From Acutalibacteraceae bacterium (lineage in GTDB: Bacteria > Bacillota > Clostridia > Oscillospirales > Acutalibacteraceae), in assembly GCA_045651745.1 (NCBI GenBank), contig JAZRSW010000029.1, positions 10,674-74,673 of the forward strand: DNA of 64,000 nucleotides, in the 5' to 3' direction. Below the pieces are notes generated by a model. It was not told the DNA's origin, made no database searches, and was given only the letters and a program-made list of their open reading frames with translations. The position numbers and the translations under genes are program-made. Positions 26,645-36,202 of this stretch are shown piece after piece; within the stretch, counting starts at the first letter, position 1; the number at the start of each line of letters is the position of its first letter.

Positions 26645-27871
26645 TTATATATCGTTATACTTTATTCCTGACTTTTTATTCATACGTTTATGATGTAATT
26701 TCTTTAAAAACTTGCTTTTTCTTGCAGTGTTAATTGCAACAAATTTAATAGTAAGCGGAATAGCAACAAAATAAGATGCCAATGGTATTTTTATTTTGTT
26801 TTCCTTCATCTTCTTGACGATTTCCTCAAAATACAAAGCTTCAACTGTGCCATCTTTGGATTTTGAAAGAACAAAAGCCATATTATATACTAAATTTTTT
26901 TTGAAATATTCCACATCAAATACAGCAGAATATTTTTCCAAGGCGTTTATAGAATATAAATCAGCCATTGTTCGAATACATTTTTCACAGGTTCTACAGT
27001 TTTCATCATTTGTGTTACACACATTTAAGACATTATAAGTTTCAGGATGCTGTGAAATATATTCGACTTTTTCAAGCCGAGTTTCGACTGCACCTGTAGT
27101 ATAGAAAGTTGTGTTTTCAGTAGAAAAACATTGTGCGTTTAATACATCATAAAACGAACTATCATACGGATTAAAACTGAATTCTTTTAGAGTGTAACCA
27201 GCAGAATAGTAATATGTTTTAAACAGTTTTTGTAAAGCTAAAACAGCTGATAAAGAGCGGAATGAATGAGTAAAATTATAACTCATCATAATATTTTCAC
27301 TGATGTTTGAATTAATCTTGATGAAATCAAGATTCTGTGATTCAACAAACCCTTCAAAAACCTTTATACGCTTATAAAATCGTTTTTCTGCTTCTTTACC
27401 ACCATAGCTTCCGCAAGCACCAACATTAAAGAAAGTTAAATGTGTTATGTTAAAATCAGTAGGTTTCTTTTCCTTGTTTTTGAGATATGTATAAAATGAA
27501 TCCACACCCGCTGAAAATCCTGTAGCAACTGCAAAAGAATCAAATATCTGGTTGCTTAATTCTGCATTTATGTCAATTGATTTATAATAATCAGAATACT
27601 TTGATAATGCAGGAATGAATGTATTTGTTAGATTCCAATATATTTTTTGTGAAATAGGGCAATCAATAATCTGAATATTATGACCAAAAGCCATAGCAAA
27701 CGGTAATATACCTATTAAAAAGGCGTCTGCTTTTTCATAACACAAGTATTCCTTATTGCAAGATTCAACCTCGTACCAAATGTCCCAAACATTGTCATCC
27801 ACTTCAATCTTACTACAAAGACGAGCATACTCACCTTTTTCTTCAATATAAGGCTTATTAATTTTAATCAT
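26645..27871 (-). CDS. Hypothetical protein with a PP-loop-like motif (possible adenine-nucleotide alpha-hydrolase fold)
   Basis: FAVATGFSAGVDSFYTYL resembles the SGGxDS PP-loop following a beta strand. CRTCEKC cluster near the C-terminus. C-terminal hydrophobic helix. RBS AAGGAG. Confidence 0.35.
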   Translation of the reverse strand: MIKINKPYIEEKGEYARLCSKIEVDDNVWDIWYEVESCNKEYLCYEKADAFLIGILPFAMAFGHNIQIIDCPISQKIYWNLTNTFIPALSKYSDYYKSIDINAELSNQIFDSFAVATGFSAGVDSFYTYLKNKEKKPTDFNITHLTFFNVGACGSYGGKEAEKRFYKRIKVFEGFVESQNLDFIKINSNISENIMMSYNFTHSFRSLSAVLALQKLFKTYYYSAGYTLKEFSFNPYDSSFYDVLNAQCFSTENTTFYTTGAVETRLEKVEYISQHPETYNVLNVCNTNDENCRTCEKCIRTMADLYSINALEKYSAVFDVEYFKKNLVYNMAFVLSKSKDGTVEALYFEEIVKKMKENKIKIPLASYFVAIPLTIKFVAINTARKSKFLKKLHHKRMNKKSGIKYNDI

Positions 27872-27884
27872 AGTTTCTGCTCCT

Positions 27885-28958
27885 TTAACTTAAGATACGT
27901 TTTATAATATCGTATCCTAATTTTTCGACTGTTCGACCTTCTTGTCTGAAATCTCTTTTCAATAAAGCTGATGCACAATTTATAAGTCCGCTTGTAACAG
28001 GTGTCGGAATGCTGAGCACTTGCCCTAATGATTCTAAAAGCACAAGGCCCTGAGGCACATCTTCTGTTATATAACGCGAATTAGGAATGTCGGGACCAGT
28101 TGGAGAAGAGTTATTAGCATAATCAAAGAAAACTTCAGTTGCATCACGGTCATCGTCATCGGAATTTCTCTGTTTACATGCCTCAACATAAGACAATCGC
28201 GGACAACCAAGTTTTTCAAGCACATTCATTTTTTCCTCATCAAGAGCCAAAACAAGATTCCATACATGTGGTGTAAACACTTCGCGATACATTGAATACA
28301 TTCCGCCATTAATACTTGTGTATTCAATTCTTGGTACACTTAAAATTGCACCAACGGTATGCACAATAAGATTAGGATTGTGTAGGGCGGCTTCAACCAC
28401 CGAAGATACATACGTAAAATTAAAATCGAGTTTTGACAAAATATCCTTTGCCTTATCAATATTTTCAGCAGGATATACCCCTACTGGATTAATAACATTT
28501 TTAAATAACACCTGTACATTACCCGGTGATGTGATTCTACAATCTATCGGTGAGCTTTCTGCTTCAATTATCGTTATGTCTTTATTGGTATATTTAAGAA
28601 AAAAACATGTAGATAAATATCCGGGTTCTATAAGTACAGTTTGTCCGTCCTCAATATATCCACAAAGACTTTTAATCAGATTTTCGTGGTAATTGGTCTG
28701 AATATATATAATAAGCAAATCTTTGCCTACAACAGCATCTTTCAGTTTTGTTGTAACATTGACTTTTGCATTCTTTGAGATGCCATTTTCGGTAATTGTT
28801 ATGGATTGTTCGTCATAAATCTTTTCAAAATGCTCATTATGTAATTTATTGGATGTTTTTAACAATGTCACATTATGACCTTTTATTGAAAGGTCAGCCG
28901 CAACTGTTGAACCTGCATGTCCGCATCCAATTACAGCAATGTTCATAGGTTTTTTCAT
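27885..28958 (-). CDS. NAD(P)-dependent opine (octopine/nopaline) dehydrogenase-family protein
   Basis: Rossmann N-terminus NIAVIGCGHAGSTVAADL. C-terminal SRYITEDVPQGLVLLESLGQVLSIPTPV...GRTVEKLG is typical of the octopine_DH helical domain. Confidence 0.75.
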   Translation of the reverse strand: MKKPMNIAVIGCGHAGSTVAADLSIKGHNVTLLKTSNKLHNEHFEKIYDEQSITITENGISKNAKVNVTTKLKDAVVGKDLLIIYIQTNYHENLIKSLCGYIEDGQTVLIEPGYLSTCFFLKYTNKDITIIEAESSPIDCRITSPGNVQVLFKNVINPVGVYPAENIDKAKDILSKLDFNFTYVSSVVEAALHNPNLIVHTVGAILSVPRIEYTSINGGMYSMYREVFTPHVWNLVLALDEEKMNVLEKLGCPRLSYVEACKQRNSDDDDRDATEVFFDYANNSSPTGPDIPNSRYITEDVPQGLVLLESLGQVLSIPTPVTSGLINCASALLKRDFRQEGRTVEKLGYDIIKRILS

Positions 28959-28961
28959 TTA

Positions 28962-29936
28962 TTACAAATTCTCCTTATACCACTCGATAGCCTCGTTCAA
29001 GCCCCGCTTAAAGTCGTAGTCAGGGTCGTAGCCGAGCAGGTTTCTTGCCTTGGTAATGTCGGCGTTACTATGCTTAATATCGCCCTTACGGTCAGGACCG
29101 AAATTCGGCTTAATATTCTTATTCAAAGCGGTTGTCAAAGTGTTATAAATATCAATCAAATATTCTCTCCCGCCATATGCTACATTAAAGGCGTTGCCTG
29201 CCGCTTCGTGCGAGGCCAGACAAGCTTTGGAGTTTGCGTCAATAACATTTTCAATATAAGTGAAATCACGGCTTTGTTTGCCATCACCGTTAATGGTCGG
29301 CACTTCATTATTGAGTAACATTTTTATAAATTTAGGAATGACCGCCGCATAAGCGCCGTCAGGATTTTGTCTGCGACCGAAAACATTGAAATAACGAAGG
29401 CCATACGTATCAAGTCCGTAATGCAGAGTATATTGCTTTGCCCATTCTTCGTCGCAACGCTTGGTTAAAGCATACGGGGAAAGCAAATTACCCTCTCTAC
29501 CTTCAGTTTTGGGGAGATTAGGCTCATCACCGTAAACCGAGGACGATGATGCATAAACAAACTTTTTGACGCCGTTTTGCCTTGCGGCTTCTAACATATT
29601 GAGTGTGCCTGTAATATTGTTTACATTATAAAACAAAGGCATTTCAATACTTCTGGGAACTGAACCCCAAGCGGCTTGGTTAAGTACGTAATCTACGCCC
29701 TCACAAGCCTTTTTGCAGGTTTCAAAATCCTTAATATCCCCTTTAACAAATTCATAATTAGGGTTATTGATAAACAAATCAACATTTTCCTGTTTGCCTG
29801 TTGAAAGGTCGTCCAAGCAACGCACCTTATACCCTAAATTAAGTATGGCTTCACAAAGGTTAGAGCCGATAAAGCCAGCTCCACCTGTAACTAAAAACAA
29901 TGAATTTTCAGGGAATTTAAGATTTTTATAACCCAT
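28962..29936 (-). CDS. NAD-dependent nucleotide-sugar 4-epimerase (TviC/WbpP-like, UDP-GlcNAc(A) 4-epimerase type)
   Basis: LVTGGAGFIGSNLCEAILNLGYKVRCLDDLSTG. YxxxK in SPYALTK. The ORF-track start at 29951 is TTG; ATG at 29936 follows GGAGG by 8 nt. Confidence 0.8.
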   Translation of the reverse strand: MGYKNLKFPENSLFLVTGGAGFIGSNLCEAILNLGYKVRCLDDLSTGKQENVDLFINNPNYEFVKGDIKDFETCKKACEGVDYVLNQAAWGSVPRSIEMPLFYNVNNITGTLNMLEAARQNGVKKFVYASSSSVYGDEPNLPKTEGREGNLLSPYALTKRCDEEWAKQYTLHYGLDTYGLRYFNVFGRRQNPDGAYAAVIPKFIKMLLNNEVPTINGDGKQSRDFTYIENVIDANSKACLASHEAAGNAFNVAYGGREYLIDIYNTLTTALNKNIKPNFGPDRKGDIKHSNADITKARNLLGYDPDYDFKRGLNEAIEWYKENL

Positions 29937-29938
29937 TT

Positions 29939-31249
29939 TTACAGCCTCCAATAGCAGTAGCCGTTTTCTTCATACTCTTTTCTGTCTAATACGCCTTTGA
30001 TGTCTAAAAGTACCTTTTTACCATCGCCAAAGAATTTGTCAACCTCAGGCAAAGTAAATTTAGAGAAACATTCGTGCGAAACCGCCATAATAACGGCATC
30101 CATATTTTTAATGGCATTTATATCAACAAATTCAATGCCGTATAATGCCTTTGCCTCATTAGCGTCTGCTTCGGGGTCGGCAATTGTGGGCTCAATACCA
30201 TATTCGCGAAGCTCTTTCACAATATCGTAAACCTTGCTGTTACGTGTGTCAGGGCAATTTTCTTTAAAGGTAAAACCTAAAATTGCAACCTTAGCATTTT
30301 TAACCGACTTTTCACATTTAATAAGGTTTTTAACGCAGTTTTCGGCAACATATTTACCCATATCATCGTTAATTCTTCTGCCTGCCAATATTACCTGACT
30401 GTGATAGCCTAACATTTCTGCTTTATATGTCAAATAATATGGGTCAACGCCAATACAGTGTCCACCTACAAGACCGGGGAAAAATTTTAAGAAATTCCAC
30501 TTGGTACCTGCAGCCTTCAAAACCGATTTTGTATCAATACCGATTTTATTGAAAATAATCGAAAGTTCGTTCATAAAGGCAATGTTAATATCACGCTGAC
30601 TGTTTTCAATAACCTTTGCAGCTTCGGCAACCTTAATGCTTTCTGCTCTGTGAACACCTGCTTCAACAACAAGTTCATAAACCTTTGCGATTTCTTCCAA
30701 AGATTCCTCATCCATACCCGAAACGATTTTTACAATGGTTTCAAGTCTATGAACCTTGTCGCCGGGATTAATTCTTTCAGGGCTATAACCGACCTTGAAG
30801 TCAACTCCGCATTTAAGCCCCGATTCTTTTTCCAAAATTGGAGCACAAATGTCCTCTGTAACACCGGGGTAAACGGTAGATTCATATACTACAATTGAGC
30901 CTTTTGTAAGATTGCGACCAACGATTCGAGACGCACCCTCAACCGGTGTCAAATCAGGCGTATGGTCATCATTTACAGGTGTCGGTACTGCTACGATATG
31001 AAATTTTGCCTCACGAAGTTTAGTTTCATCGGCGGTAAATTCAACCGTTGTGTTTTTAATGGCATCATTGCCGACTTCGTTTGTAGGGTCGATACCACTT
31101 TTATAAAGTTCTATCTTCTTTTTATTAAGGTCAAACCCAATAACATCAACCTTTTTTGCAAAAGCAACCGCGATAGGCATACCTACATAGCCAAGTCCCA
31201 CAAGTGAAATTTTTTCTTTTCTGTTTACGATTTTTTCATATAAAGACAT
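29939..31249 (-). CDS. Nucleotide-sugar 6-dehydrogenase (TviB/WbpO-like UDP-GlcNAc dehydrogenase type)
   Basis: ISLVGLGYVGMPIAVAFAK...GFDLNKKKIELYKSGIDPTNE. Catalytic region GGHCIGVDPYY. ATG at 31249 is favoured by AGAGG 8 nt upstream. Confidence 0.8.
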   Translation of the reverse strand: MSLYEKIVNRKEKISLVGLGYVGMPIAVAFAKKVDVIGFDLNKKKIELYKSGIDPTNEVGNDAIKNTTVEFTADETKLREAKFHIVAVPTPVNDDHTPDLTPVEGASRIVGRNLTKGSIVVYESTVYPGVTEDICAPILEKESGLKCGVDFKVGYSPERINPGDKVHRLETIVKIVSGMDEESLEEIAKVYELVVEAGVHRAESIKVAEAAKVIENSQRDINIAFMNELSIIFNKIGIDTKSVLKAAGTKWNFLKFFPGLVGGHCIGVDPYYLTYKAEMLGYHSQVILAGRRINDDMGKYVAENCVKNLIKCEKSVKNAKVAILGFTFKENCPDTRNSKVYDIVKELREYGIEPTIADPEADANEAKALYGIEFVDINAIKNMDAVIMAVSHECFSKFTLPEVDKFFGDGKKVLLDIKGVLDRKEYEENGYCYWRL

Positions 31250-31262
31250 CACCATTACCTCT

Positions 31263-32354
31263 TTATTTTAAAAACTCATAATATTTATCAATAATAATTT
31301 GTCGGTCAAACTCTTTTTCGACCTTTTCGCGTGCCAATTTACCCATCGTGGTCTTTTCTTCGTTTGTTAAACTGCAAAATTTCTCAATTTTTTCGTAAAG
31401 TTCTTCGGCATCTTTAACAGCAAAGTAAAAACCTGTTTCTTGGTCGTTTACGCCTTCAACACAACCGGGAATATTGGATACAATTGAGGCTCTGCCACAA
31501 GCCGCCGCCTCTAACACAACGTTGCTCATACCTTCGTGATGCGATGGATGAATCAAACAATCACAACTTTTCAAAAGTTGGTGAACAACCTCATGCTCAA
31601 CGCCGTTGTAAAAAATGACGTTATCACACTTTTCAAAAGCTTCAACCTTCGATTTATACTCGTCATCCTCATACCAACCGACAATATGAAACTCTGCTTT
31701 TAGGTTGTTTTCTATTGCCTTATTGATTGCATAAAACAACTCGTCATAACCCTTATCTTTACGAACCCTCGCGATAGTTATAAATTTCGTTTTATCGTTT
31801 TTTGGATATGCTTCAAACGGATTTGTGTTCAGGTTTACGCCCGAACCCGGTAGCAAACCGTAATTTTTTGTAACAACCTTTTTTTCTATAAAGAAATTCA
31901 TATTGCTACTGTTTTGGAAAAATACCATTTTTGCCTTTTTGTATGCAATTTTTTGAAGGACTAACATTATTTTTGCAATGACATTTTGTTTTTCAAAATT
32001 TGCGCCAAGTCCCGTTACGTTAGCAACATACGGAGTTTTAGTGATTCTGCAAGCAAGTCCTCCGTAAATATTCGGTTTTGCAGTATATGTAAACACCATG
32101 TCGGGTTTTATGTCTTTTATAATTTTTCTTAATTGAAGTGTTGTTTTAAAATCTTCAACGGGATTGGTGCCAAAGCGGTTCATTTTAATCTCAATCACAT
32201 TAGCGCCTGTTGAGGCCAACTTCACATTACGCTCATCAGAAGGTAGTGCAATATAAACCTCAACACCCATTTTTATAAGATACTCGATAAGTTCAATCCT
32301 AAAATTATAAACGGTCGTAAAATCGTTAACAACCATTAAAACCCTTTTGCTCAT
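31263..32354 (-). CDS. Glycosyltransferase, GT4 family
   Basis: KRVLMVVNDFTTVYNFRIELIEYL N-terminus (Glyco_trans_4-like). HPSHHEGMSNVVLEAAACG. Confidence 0.75.
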   Translation of the reverse strand: MSKRVLMVVNDFTTVYNFRIELIEYLIKMGVEVYIALPSDERNVKLASTGANVIEIKMNRFGTNPVEDFKTTLQLRKIIKDIKPDMVFTYTAKPNIYGGLACRITKTPYVANVTGLGANFEKQNVIAKIMLVLQKIAYKKAKMVFFQNSSNMNFFIEKKVVTKNYGLLPGSGVNLNTNPFEAYPKNDKTKFITIARVRKDKGYDELFYAINKAIENNLKAEFHIVGWYEDDEYKSKVEAFEKCDNVIFYNGVEHEVVHQLLKSCDCLIHPSHHEGMSNVVLEAAACGRASIVSNIPGCVEGVNDQETGFYFAVKDAEELYEKIEKFCSLTNEEKTTMGKLAREKVEKEFDRQIIIDKYYEFLK

Positions 32355-32364
32355 AAACTACTTC

Positions 32365-33279
32365 CTATAAAACCTCTAATATTTTTTCTGCGATACCTTT
32401 CGAGTTAATTCCAAACTGACTTCTCAAGTACTGCTGACTTCCCACAATGGCAGAATATGTATCGTTTAGTCCTATTCTCAGAAGTCTTGCTTTTGTCACC
32501 TGTTCAGAAAGCACCTCTGCCACAGCCGAGCCAAAACCGCCCACAATATTATGTTCCTCTACCGTGACGATAAGGTCAAAATCCTTTGCGGTATTATTTA
32601 TAACCTCTATGTCTAACGGTTTTACAGTCGGGAAGGTATAAACCGCAGGGTCTATTCCTTGATTTTTCAAAATCTCAACCGCACCGTCAACTTCTTCGAA
32701 GATTGCGCCTGTCGAGAAAATTGCAACCCTTTGTCCATCTTTAACCTTTATGGCTTTGCCTATCTGAAAATTGTCAATTTTTTGGTGAATTCGCTTTTCA
32801 CCGCCGCGGCCAAGTCTTAAATAACAAGTTCCGTTATGTTTAACCATTGCCTTTGTGGCTTCCTCGGCTTCCAAAAGGTCACCGGGGGCTAAAACCACAA
32901 CATCGGGCAACGCGCGGAGTATTGCGATATCCTCGGTAGCGTGATGACTCATACCTAACGAGCCGTAAACAAAGCCACCGCCAACACAAACAATCTTGAC
33001 GTTTGCATTATGATATGCACAGTCGTTTCTTATCTGTTCCAGGCAACGAAGTGTCGGGAAATTACCTATTGAGTATGTAAAAACGGTTTTCCCTGCCAAT
33101 GCCATACCTGCCGCCATTGTGGTCATGTTTTGTTCCGCAATACCTGCATTTGTAAATTGGTCGGGCAATGCTTCCCAATAAGGCTTTAAAACACCAAACC
33201 CCAGGTCACCCGTAACAAGTTCAATGTTCTTATCCTTTTTAGCAAGTTCTATTAAGGTTTTAACAAATGTATCTCTCAT
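32365..33279 (-). CDS. Transketolase-family protein, C-terminal (pyrimidine-binding) subunit
   Basis: RDTFVKTLIELAKKD...GIAEQNMTTMAAGMALAGK...SHHATEDIAILRALP. Confidence 0.85.
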   Translation of the reverse strand: MRDTFVKTLIELAKKDKNIELVTGDLGFGVLKPYWEALPDQFTNAGIAEQNMTTMAAGMALAGKTVFTYSIGNFPTLRCLEQIRNDCAYHNANVKIVCVGGGFVYGSLGMSHHATEDIAILRALPDVVVLAPGDLLEAEEATKAMVKHNGTCYLRLGRGGEKRIHQKIDNFQIGKAIKVKDGQRVAIFSTGAIFEEVDGAVEILKNQGIDPAVYTFPTVKPLDIEVINNTAKDFDLIVTVEEHNIVGGFGSAVAEVLSEQVTKARLLRIGLNDTYSAIVGSQQYLRSQFGINSKGIAEKILEVL

Positions 33280-34269
33280 TTATTTTTCCTCCTTAATAGC
33301 TTTTTTCATTTCTACATCTTGTAAAGAACTAACCCTTCGAGGCTTTTCTAAAAACGAAGGTTTCCATGTTTCCGTCATAGTGTGGTCAAAGCCGTCAAGT
33401 TCAGTATTCAAATTAGGATTTTCGATACCGTTTGGCGTATAAACATCCTCAGCACCTTCGGGTTTTATTTTATGCAATTCGGTTACCGCGGTATCATACT
33501 CCCAACCTCTATGAGGGAAACGGTAATGCCACAAAATATCCATCTCCATAAAGGAAACGCCTTTACCCTTTACAGTGTTTGCAATAATTACCGTAGGCTT
33601 GTCCTTCTCCGCCAAAGCGTTATTAAACGCTGATTTCAACTCATCGTGGTTATGTCCGTCAATATCAATAACGTTCCAACCAAATGCACGCCACTTTGCA
33701 CCCATATCCTCAATTTCAAGAGTGTTCTCGTTATAGTCCAGGCTCTGCATACGGTTATGGTCAATAACGGCAATTAAATTATTAAGTCTGAAATGATTGG
33801 CAAAAAGTGCTGCCTCAAAAACCGAGCCTTCATTACACTCACCGTCGCCCATTACAACAAAAGCGCGTGTGTTTTTGCCGTCCTTTTTAAATGCATATGC
33901 CATACCTGCTGCTGCTGACAGTCCGTGACCTAATGAACCCGTTGAAAAATCAACACCGGGAACTTTATGAGATACGTGACCGCTTAATCGACTTCCATCC
34001 TGATAATGAGTCTTTAGCTCTTCAACGTCAAAGAAACCGCTTTCAGCCAAAGCAGCATAAATTGATGCCCCTGCATGTCCCTTGCTCAAGATAAATCTAT
34101 CCCTATCTTCAAAGCAAGGATTTTTAGGGTCAACCCTTAAAATATCAGTATAAAGCACTGCGACAATATCAGCGACCGACAAAATTGCACCGATATGACT
34201 GCCACCTGAAAGGTGAGTCATCTCGATTCCATGACGTCTGATTTCCCAAGCAAGAGCGTAACTGTCCAT
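33280..34269 (-). CDS. Transketolase-family protein, N-terminal (TPP-binding) subunit
   Basis: GGSHIGAILSVADIVAVLY...SKGHAGASIYAALA...GSLGHGLSAAAGMA...VVMGDGECNEGSVFEA. Confidence 0.85.
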   Translation of the reverse strand: MDSYALAWEIRRHGIEMTHLSGGSHIGAILSVADIVAVLYTDILRVDPKNPCFEDRDRFILSKGHAGASIYAALAESGFFDVEELKTHYQDGSRLSGHVSHKVPGVDFSTGSLGHGLSAAAGMAYAFKKDGKNTRAFVVMGDGECNEGSVFEAALFANHFRLNNLIAVIDHNRMQSLDYNENTLEIEDMGAKWRAFGWNVIDIDGHNHDELKSAFNNALAEKDKPTVIIANTVKGKGVSFMEMDILWHYRFPHRGWEYDTAVTELHKIKPEGAEDVYTPNGIENPNLNTELDGFDHTMTETWKPSFLEKPRRVSSLQDVEMKKAIKEEK

Positions 34270-34330
34270 ACTTTCTCCTATCTTATACCTGCAAAATTAA
34301 ATTTGCATTTATCTTTTGTGAGAGTCAAAC

Positions 34331-35263
34331 TCATAACGAGGCCTCATTTAAAATTTTCAGTTCTTCGTCGGTTAAATGCCAATCAAGAGCCTTAAGATTA
34401 GAGAGCATTTCCTCTCTGGTTTTAACGCCTGCAATAACGACCGAGTCTTTAATGTTGTCCAAAATAAATCTGATTGCCACTGCGGAAATTGTCGTATTAT
34501 GATTTTCAGCAATCGGCTTCATCTTTTCAACGATTTCCAAATTCTTCTTCAATTTTTCACCGTGAAAATTTTCATATATTTCACGGCTTCTTCGGTCATC
34601 TGGGCCGAAAACAGTGTTTATATCATACTTGCCGGTTAACACGCCTTGCCCCAAACTTCCCCAAGTCAACGGTGTGACGTTGAGTTTTTGGACTTCATCA
34701 AGTAATTTAGCCTCGTGAATACGGCAGGCAAGCGAATACTCATGTTGGCAGTTTACAAAAAGGTTTTTGTAAGGCAACAATTCCTCTAAATTTTCTTTTG
34801 AAATATTACTCAAACCAAAATAACGGATTTTGCCTTCTTTTTGCAACGTTTTCAAACCGTCAACAACCTCTTCAATGGGGGTGTTATCACGGTAATGAAT
34901 AACATAAACGTCGATATAATCGGTATTAAGCCTTTTTAAACTTTCTTCTAATGCATGACGCATATACGCGGGACTGTTATCATAAACAGTTTTTCCGTCT
35001 TCCCTTTTGACGCCAAACTTTGACTGGATTACAACCTTTTCTCTTCTGCCCTTAATGCCTTTTGCCAAAGTAAGTTCGCTCTGTCCGAGTCCATATACGT
35101 CGGCAGTGTCAAAGAAATTGACGCCCTTTTCGATAGCAACATCAATCGCATCCAAAAAGTCCTGCTCATGCGTTTCTCCCCATCCGAAGCCACCCATCGG
35201 GCAACCTCCCATTTGAAAGCGAGAAACTTTTAAATCCGAATTTTTAAGTGTTATGTACTCCAT
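34331..35263 (-). CDS. Aldo/keto reductase
   Basis: FFDTADVYGLGQSE...YIDVYVIHYRDNTP...IRYFGLSN. Confidence 0.85.
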   Translation of the reverse strand: MEYITLKNSDLKVSRFQMGGCPMGGFGWGETHEQDFLDAIDVAIEKGVNFFDTADVYGLGQSELTLAKGIKGRREKVVIQSKFGVKREDGKTVYDNSPAYMRHALEESLKRLNTDYIDVYVIHYRDNTPIEEVVDGLKTLQKEGKIRYFGLSNISKENLEELLPYKNLFVNCQHEYSLACRIHEAKLLDEVQKLNVTPLTWGSLGQGVLTGKYDINTVFGPDDRRSREIYENFHGEKLKKNLEIVEKMKPIAENHNTTISAVAIRFILDNIKDSVVIAGVKTREEMLSNLKALDWHLTDEELKILNEASL

Positions 35264-35271
35264 AAAAAATC

Positions 35272-36012
35272 CTACTTCTTAAATATTTTTTTAAGAACTG
35301 CTATCGTTTTATGTAAAACTTTAAAAACTGTTACGAAAAACAACTTTGTGTCAGTTTTAAATGAAACCTCTTTTACATATTTAAGTCTTAATGCGTTTTT
35401 CTTTTTTAAGACATATTTTTCATACATCTCATCAGCATCAGCGTCGCCCACTATTTCGTCCAAACTTATAAATGTTAAAGAGCTGAAATCGGTAATACCC
35501 GGGCGAACGTTCAAAATATTTTTTTCAATCGCATCGTAATTATCAGTATATTGTAAAAGTTCGGGACGCGGACCTATAAAACTCATATTACCGCTGATGA
35601 TGTTGAACAGCTGAGGTATTTCATCCAACTTTGTTTTTCTTAAAAACACGCCAACTCGTGTTATACGTCTGTCGTTCAAGGCGGTTGTACCTCCGCCTAT
35701 TTTGTCGGCGTTCTTGACCATACTTCTGAATTTATTGATTTTAAAAGGTTTTCCTTTGTATCCGCCTCGCTCTGCGCGATAAAAAACAGGAAAACCGCTT
35801 TCGACCGCAATACACAAACCAATGATTATGTAAAAAGGCAACAAAACAATCGCAAAAATACAAGCCACCGCAACATCTATAACCCTTTTGACAGCCTTGT
35901 TATAAAAACTGTTGTAACCCCTTTTCAGTTCTTCTTCATTAAAGGTTAATTCTTCGTTGCCGAGCAACTCTTGTATCTTTTGCTCTGTTTCTAACTGAGC
36001 CGTAACAGCCAT
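35272..36012 (-). CDS. Initiating phosphoglycosyl transferase (bacterial sugar transferase, small PglC/WbaP-C type)
   Basis: KRVIDVAVACIFAIVLLPFYIII...FKINKFRSM...LDEIPQLFNIISGNMSFIGPRPE. ATG at 36012; the ORF-track start at 36015 is TTG. Confidence 0.85.
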   Translation of the reverse strand: MAVTAQLETEQKIQELLGNEELTFNEEELKRGYNSFYNKAVKRVIDVAVACIFAIVLLPFYIIIGLCIAVESGFPVFYRAERGGYKGKPFKINKFRSMVKNADKIGGGTTALNDRRITRVGVFLRKTKLDEIPQLFNIISGNMSFIGPRPELLQYTDNYDAIEKNILNVRPGITDFSSLTFISLDEIVGDADADEMYEKYVLKKKNALRLKYVKEVSFKTDTKLFFVTVFKVLHKTIAVLKKIFKK

Positions 36013-36060
36013 CAAAACAACCCTTTCTCTAAGCTATTTTGGGTATACTTATACAAAATA

Positions 36061-36089
36061 ATTCTACCACCTCTAATCTAATTTGTCAA
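36061..36089 (-). promoter_or_regulatory. Near-consensus sigma-A promoter of the polysaccharide operon
   Basis: Minus strand reads TTGACA (36089-36084), a 17-nt spacer, then TAGAAT (36066-36061), about 45 nt upstream of the first start codon. Confidence 0.55.
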
Positions 36090-36202
36090 TTAAAACAAAC
36101 CAAAAAGCACTTATTCTTTTGCTTAATAAAATAACATTGCCTGAAATTTACATTTCAAGCAATGTTATTTGACAAATTCTGACCTATTCTTACTTTAAAA
36201 CT

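Noticed and set aside
36129-36170. Perfect 12-bp inverted repeat (AAATAACATTGC...GCAATGTTATTT) upstream of the polysaccharide promoter, considered as an invertible-promoter boundary or a terminator.
   Set aside because: The arms are only 18 nt apart and do not flank the promoter. No T-tract follows on either strand. It is probably a simple hairpin or operator; the real terminator is at 36203-36237.
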